Shown here one piece after another: positions 56,686 to 64,000 of a DNA stretch of 64,000 nucleotides. Origin of the DNA: Eledone cirrhosa (taxonomy: Eukaryota); contig OZ024745.1 in assembly GCA_964016885.1 (NCBI GenBank), positions 126,232,001 to 126,296,000 of the forward strand, read 5' to 3'. How positions within the stretch are numbered: the stretch's first letter is position 1; every line of letters starts with the position of its first letter. The notes beneath the pieces are model-generated. The model did no database searches and was not told where the DNA came from. It saw only the letters and a list, made by a program, of their open reading frames with translations. Both the position numbers and the translations under genes were made by a program.

Positions 56686-59600
56686 TATATTAATAAATGG
56701 AAACTATATTTATAAAACTATATTTATTTTATTATACATATTTCAAGGGCAACCAAGGCAAATTATGGTGCGCTTTCATCAGATAAAATACAGATTTGTT
56801 TTATAAATAAATATTGACATACCCGGAAAAAAAGACAACATTAACGTTTGGAGCTTCCTGGATAGTTTAGATAGTACATTTATTTAGGGTAATACAATGT
56901 TATGAGTGAGTATGCAAATGAGTGTCCGAAAGGTTGAAAAGATAACGGTTTATTTAAATTAAACTGTTGCAAGAAGATGATATGTAAGGGAGAGAGATAA
57001 AAAAGAAAAAAAAGAACAAAAGAAAAAAAAGAAAAAAAAGAAAAAAAAGAAAAAAAAGAAAAAAAAGAAAAAAAAGAAAAAAAAGAAAAAATGAAAAAAA
57101 GAAAAAAACAAGAAAAAAAAGAAAAAAAAAGAAAAAAAGAAAAAAGAAAAAAAGAAACAAAGAAAAACAGAAAAAAGAAAAACGAAAGGAGAAAGATAGA
57201 AGAGGAAAGAAAGAACGATTATATGTATTGATAGTGAAGATAGAGTGCATGAAGAAATAAGTTTCAAAGGATAAATATATAAAGCATAAATATATCTAAG
57301 TGAAAGAAGAAATAAGATTAACGTGGAAGAATAATATTTATAATGCAGGGTTCATTACGTTTTGATTATAATACTTATAATGATAGGTTGAAAAATTAGA
57401 TTAAAATTAAAAATTAGAAATCAAAATTAAAGATTAAAATGTGCCTTAATATTAAAGATTTAATTTAATAATTTAATATTAATAATTAGTTTAAATGTGT
57501 ATGTTAAGGATTATAAATTATTTAAATAAATATATAGTATTTTATAATTATATTATAAAAACAGTAAGGAAGTGTAAAGGAAGATAGAAGTGATTTTTTA
57601 AGATCTCAGATGACTCCAAGGATTAAATGTTATAAAGTTAAAAAGTTAAACATTTTTTATCTTAAGAATATAATTAAAACATGAACCATATGTTATTTTA
57701 TTCGAAGTCATAAATTTACTTGCTATAAAGTTAAAAAATAAAAAAAAAATTATCTTAAGAATATATTTAAAGCATAAACCATAGGTAATTCCACATATAT
57801 ATAAAAACCTATATATAAAAATCATATGTTTTTCCACATATATATAAACATTTGGATATATATATTAAAAACATTTGAAGATATAAAAATATAAAAATAT
57901 AAAAATATTGGTAGGTATGAAAATAATGGTTTTTTTATATCTTTCAAAGGAATTTTCAAAAGATTTTTCCTAAAACCTTCCGTAAGTTTTTCAAGAAAAG
58001 TTTTTCTTAAAGGAGTTTCAAGCAGTCATATAAAAATTTTTTTATAATCTATCGATAGGTGTAATAATATAAAGTATATAGTATATATATGAGGTAGAGA
58101 TAATAGAAAGTAAATTAAATATATATGAATCATATATAGATATAGAAAACATTATGTAAAGGAGATAAATCATATATTACATTTTATATATATATATTTA
58201 AAAGTTGAGTTTAAACGATGTTTACAGGAACTAAATAAATTATTTCGCAAATTAATAGAGTTCTTACTTTTTAGTATAAAGAATATTTCTTCAACGCAAA
58301 GTGAGCAATTTTTGGATAAAGCAGTGTATGAAGGAGCTTTGGAAATAATTTTCCAAAGTAAAGAATAGTTAATATTCTTGGATTTTAAGTCCCATAATAA
58401 GTTAGATAGAGAAGTTGAAGATTTTTTACCAATATTCGTAAAGGAACATTTATGGTTATTAAAACGAGATTTGAAGTTTTTGGAAGTAGAGCCGACATAG
58501 TTAAAGGAGTTTTCATTTGTTTTGACATTACAATTGTATACTATATTTTTAACTAAATTATTATTTAGAGGACAGTTAGATTTATTTCTACAATTACATT
58601 TATCTGAATTTATATTATTGGGAGCCGTAACATTATATTGGATATTGCTAGGGGTATTAATGCTATTCTGGTTAGGTTTTAAGTTTCTATTATTAATTCT
58701 ATAAATATATGCTGCGCTAAATTCATAGTGGTGGAATATGAGAGTTTAATAGTTTGTCTATTAAAGATTGAGTAATACCTGTGTGTCTTAGGAAAGCTCC
58801 TATCTAGAGTTTTAAAGAATAATTTAGCTATAGGAGTTTTAATACTTAACGAGAAAGGGAGAGCGAACCATAATATATTTCTAGTTCTATTTTTTCTTTT
58901 GGTTTTCGAGTTAGTGCAAGGTTTACTATTATAATAATATTTATAGTTATGGTTAATTGGCACATCCTTATTGTCAATGTATTTAATTTCATTACCTGCC
59001 TGCCCTACCTAACACTTCGTTATAATATTGTGCCTTATCTTCAAATATATTTTTATTCGCTGAAATTCTAGAAATATGTTTCTGCACAGAATTTACAATA
59101 GTGTTTTTAACGGATCTGGGGTGATTGGAATTAAAGTTAACATAGTTTAAATTCTCATTTATTTTATGAAATGTATAATCAAGACCAGTATTAAGGTTTA
59201 AAGTTACATCTAAAAAATTAACTATTTTATAATTATTCTCTACTTCTACTTTAAGATTAACGCTATTAAAAAATTGTATAATTTCTCTTCCTATTTATTT
59301 CACAATTAATATTATTTTCAATAAGTAATAGCATATCGTCACGATATAAACCAGCGGTCATCTCCGGTATTTTCCTATGTAAAGTATTGTTAATAAAAAG
59401 CCCCACAAGATCCGTTAATTGCGCCGAGTCAGATGACCCCATAGTGATATCGAAATTGTTATCCTATCTGCTCTAGTCCAAAGGTGGTTGCTAAATTCAA
59501 TTAATGTTTTAGTGCAGTTAAGATAATGTGCATTTCATTATCTTCTATATATTTAAATGCATATGTAAGGGCTTTATTAAGTAGATTAGGAGCGATAGAT

Positions 59601-59833
59601 GAATAATAATTAGCAATATCCAATTGAATGAATTTATTGTTATGTTTATATTTAATGTCCTTAAACCAGTCAATAACTTCATTAGTCCCATTCCATAATT
59701 TTAAATAAGATATTTCTTTAAGTTGTGGTATGATTCTATCTAAAATATTCTTGCTAAGTATGCCAAGGTCCGATTTAGATGGTGCAATCAATCTAACTGG
59801 TTATTCAATTTCAAAATTTCTTTTATGGTCCTT

Positions 59834-59835
<2 letters not shown>
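56686..59835 (-). mobile_element. 5'-truncated, decayed Penelope-like retroelement (RT + GIY-YIG, ~59835-58195) with a long AT-rich 3' region and a hammerhead
   Basis: VRLIAPSKSDLG, QLDIANYYSSI, FDITMGSSDSA, GLYRDD, FLDVTLNL, SNHP, WFALPFS, CNCRNKSNCPL, IVY...YVGSTSKNFKSRFNNH, CSLCVEE; the 5' end abuts (TA)n. Confidence 0.9.
56725..56790 (-). ncRNA. Minimal type I hammerhead at the 3' end of the PLE
   Basis: tattttat-CTGATGA-aagcgcacca...tggttgccctt-GAAA-tatgta-TA-ataaaata; perfect 8-bp stem I; same strand as the ORF. Confidence 0.85.
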
Positions 59836-59881
<46 letters not shown>

Positions 59882-61016
59882 GCTCTTTTACTCGATGAAT
59901 ATTGAACATTTATAGGGAACTTAATACCGATTGCATAATTAGGTATGTTCCTTCTACAGAATTTAAGACATACAGTTCATTACTTAAGTTTCAGGGTCAG
60001 ATTTGGATTTGAACCTCCATAAAGTGTCAATTCGTATGCCCTATATTCCTCAGTCAAAATAAAAATGGCTGTTGTTTAGGCCCATAAGTGTATATATAAG
60101 TGTAGATGGGTGCGTATATATCTGCATAAATTAGAAACTCACCCCCATCATAATTTGTAGTGGGTAAGTGTCTCGCTATTTGTTATATCTGTTTCGAATG
60201 ATTACAAAAGAGTAAACAACGTCCCTTGTGTCGTAATCCTTACGAGATCTTTGTAAAGTCATTTAAGATCAAGTAGTGGTGATACGTGGCCTGGTGGTAA
60301 GGGTGTTGGACTTACGACCATAATGTCATAGCTGGGGGTTTAACCCTGAGATGGACTGGCATCCTGTCCAGGGGTGAGTCTTGTACTCTCAGTCGCTTCA
60401 CGCCATGAAACTGGGATAAGCACCGGCCAAATGAGCCTCCTGGCTTAAGACAGACCTTAGACTTTTAGACAAGAGGTAATAATATGGTGAATATGCGACG
60501 TTTTTCTGACTTACATTGTGATGGAAATCTGGTCGCTAAGACGAACAAAGCTTATGACATTCGCCTTAATATAGTTATTTACTTATAACATTTTAGTGTT
60601 GTCTTACATAATACCTTTGTTTCGGTTGTATTGTTTCAGATCAAATTACTCATACGCATATTCTACAGTGCCAATGATAGCTTGTAAGTTTGTTTCAGAA
60701 ACATCACAGCTAGCTACACATTCCGCTATTGAATTTCTAGAAAGCAAGTTATGATGAATTTTTAGCTGATTTAGGATAAAGGTCTTTTTGTCCTGTATAC
60801 AATGAATTGGCATACTCGTTATGGCGCCGGATTAAACATACCTCAGTATTTTTTCGGTTCACTGCACTCAGAGAGGTCAACTTTGCTTTCATCCTTTCGA
60901 GGTCAATAAATTAATGTACCAGTAAAGTACTAGGTCAATATAATCGACTTTTACCGTCCCCCAAATTGCTATCTTTGTGTCAGTGTTAGAAAAAAAATAT
61001 ATATATTGAAATATTA

Positions 61017-61632
61017 ATAACTGTTTCTACTTTAGGCACAAGGCCAGCAATTACCCAGTGCATTACTGGTACTTTATTTTATCGACCCCGTAAGGATGAA
61101 AGGCAAAGTCAACCTCGGCGGGATTTGAACTCAGATCATAAAGGGACGTAACTATGCTGGAAAGCATGGCGTCCGACCCTCTACCGATACTGCCAATCCA
61201 CCGCCCAATATTGAAATATTAATAACGAAAGTGAATTACTGAAGTCGAGTCTTTCTCTGTTTCTTTCTCTAGAAGAAATTGGCTGCGTTCCGACTAGGAG
61301 ATGGATGGGCTCCTCCATCAGGTTTAAAATACCCAATACATGCTATATGCCAGGATGGTGTCCCTACAGTTACATTAAGTGTTAAGAGATCTTCACCTTA
61401 CGTCATATACAATATATGTAACTCCTATGGCAGTATTATTACAGGTGGATTGGCAATATCGGTAGAGGGTCGGACGCCATGCTTTGACACATAGAGTTAC
61501 GGCCTTTTCCATTCTGAGTTCAAATCACGCCGAGGTTAACTTTGCCTTTCATTCTTACGGGGTCGATAAAATAAAGTAGCAGTAATACACGGGAATAATT
61601 GCTGGCCTTGTGCCAAAAGTAGAAACAATTAT
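61017..61632. mobile_element. Divergent pair of SINE copies (minus ~61017-61207, plus ~61445-61632)
   Basis: Consensus matches in opposite orientation. Confidence 0.88.
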
Positions 61633-62719
61633 TACATATATTACAAGATTTCAGTCCAGAAAAAAAGAAAGAATGGGAAAAATTAAAAAGTGAAACAAAA
61701 CAAAAGCAGTCTAAAATGCCAACAACTCCAAAATTTGGGCTCCATTCATTTATATTACTAGAATATTTTTCCATACGGTGACGCGTATGTGTATATCTGT
61801 GGGCGTGTGTGTATGTGCATATGCATACATTTATATCTATAAGTATATAAATGTAAACGTGCAAACACAGACACACTTACAAAAATACACACTCACAGAC
61901 ATACATCACACAAACACACACATGCATTCACACACACACACACACTCATACATTCACACAAACACACACACATACATTTACATAAGCACACACATACACA
62001 TACACTCACACAAAGCGTAGTTTTTTCCCTACCTCCTTCCTTCCTTTTACACACACATACATTCACACAGGCAGCAGATGTAAAGAGAGAGGAGTAGCAT
62101 GAGGTAGTCAAGCTACTCCTCTCTCGTTACGTGTTGTGACAGAATTGCAGAAATGTATATATATTATTGAAATGACATTCAACAACTAAAAATCTTCTGT
62201 TATTAAGAGAATTCAAATCAAAGTGCAGCTGGTAGTGATGAATTAATTCGCTATCAATGGCTTCACATAACATTAACTATCGATCTGATATAAACCAAAC
62301 TTGTTACTTAGGTCTGTTCGCTCAGTGTTAACTATATCTAGGCAACTTCAAATAACATAAATATTTGATATAGAAATATTCAATGATGATACGTACAATC
62401 TTACATGCTTAAAACTTACATACATGCATACGGACGTACATACAAGCATACATATATTAATTGTTTCTACTTTTGGCACAAGGCCAGCAATTATCCCAGT
62501 GTATTACTGGTACTTTATTTTATCGACCCCGTAAGGATGAAAGGCGGGATTTGAACTCAGTCCGTAAAGGGACGTAACTATGCTGCAAAGCATGGCGCCC
62601 GACCCTCTACCGATACTGCCAATTCACCGCCCAATTCACCAAGCATACATATATTAATGTGCACATATGTGCATACATAAATGAATACATACATATATAC
62701 ATACGTACATACATGCATA

Positions 62720-62950
62720 CATCATCATCCGGCGGCCTCAGCTAAAATGGACTCAGCAATTGATCTCCACGTGGGTCTGTCGTTCATTGCCGTTGCCAAG
62801 TCCTGGATTTCAACACCAGATTCTCTGGAGATGACATCGGGATAGGAGAGCTTGCGCCACTTGTTGTTAGTGACTGTGGTTTCCAAAGCACTAATAGGGA
62901 CACAGCCTCATAGGTGGAACGATGGAAGTGGCCAGCAAATCTTACTCTCT
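62720..62950 (-). mobile_element. 3' end fragment of an RTE-type LINE
   Basis: RVRFAGHFHRSTYEAVSLLVLWKP; the tail ends in (gat)n. Confidence 0.7.
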
Positions 62951-63234
62951 TATATAGATAAATAAATGCATACATACATATGCACATACATAAATCGATA
63001 TATACATACATGCACAGCTACATAATGCATACATACATGTATACATCCATAAATAAATATATACATAAATGCATAATAGATACATACCTACATAGATGAA
63101 TGAATGCTTGCATACATACCCCCCCCCCCCCCCCCACACACACACACATTCTTGTATTCTGTTACTACATTCAGTCATTCATTAAACAGTGACCACGCTT
63201 GGACATAAACTTAAAGGGTTTAACTTGCTCATAT

Positions 63235-63695
63235 ATTGTTTCTATTTTAGGCACAAGGCAAGCAATTTATTTGCGTGGGGGGAGTTGATTAAATCAACCC
63301 TCAGTTCATAACTGGTACTTTATTTTATCGACCCCGTAAGGATGAAAAGCAAAGTTAACCTCGGTGGGATTTGAGCTCAGAACGCAAAGGGCCTTAATTC
63401 TATGCTGCAAAGCATTTTATCCGAGGCTCTACCAATTCTGCCAACCCACCGCCTAATAATAACAATAATAATAATAATGATTTCTTATATAGGCACAAGG
63501 CCAGTAATTTGGGGGCAGGGGAAAGTCGATTAAATCGACCCCAGTATGTTACTGGTACTTTATTTTATTTTATCATTTTATCGACCCCGTAAGGATGAAA
63601 AGCAAAGTTAACCTCGGCAGGATTTGAGCTCAGAACGTAAATGGCCGTAACTCTATGCTGCAAAGCGTCCGACCCTCTACCGATAACGCCAATCT
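63235..63695 (-). mobile_element. Two tandem SINE copies
   Basis: Reverse-complement consensus matches. Confidence 0.88.
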
Positions 63696-64000
63696 TCTGC
63701 ACCTAACTTGCCCGTATATTAACATCAGTACTTAGTAAGACGTGAGTACCTTCAGGGGAGGTAACCAGTTATACATCGCATGAATCAATATAAAATTGGA
63801 TCTAGGGTGAAATTGACCAAGTATTCTTTTCAACGTTAGAAGTTTCTTTTGATTTCAGATTTTCCTATAGCTTCCATTATACCTCAAATATCCTTCAGAA
63901 ATGTCATAGACAATGCTGCAATTTATACACACACATATTTACATACAAAGACGTGGAAACACTCTTACACATACATACACACATACACACTTAATATAAA

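Noticed and set aside
56954-57267. Poly-Phe/Lys ORFs
   Set aside because: Low-complexity (A7-8G)n repeat

Overview
This is AT-rich, repeat-saturated eukaryotic intergenic or intronic DNA. The SINE repertoire and the very long (TA)n/(CA)n tracts point to a mollusc, most likely an octopus (inference). No host protein-coding exon is supportable; nearly all ORF-track entries are microsatellite translations. The window holds roughly 40 tRNA-derived SINE copies or fragments, decayed RTE-type and CRE-type LINE pieces, two Penelope-like element (PLE) remnants (RT plus GIY-YIG), a decayed mariner transposase, hAT, Tc1 and pogo MITEs, non-autonomous Helitrons and minisatellites. The main hidden signal, found by reading both strands by eye, is a set of type I hammerhead ribozyme (HHR) motifs: nine structurally complete, two degenerate and several half copies, from about eight sequence families. 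Most lie next to (TA)n tracts and two are attached to PLE ORF ends. Some carry non-canonical cores shared by two copies (U4A; compensatory U3-A8), and several sit in fold-back palindromes that break inside the ribozyme. No activity is demonstrated and no database search was run.
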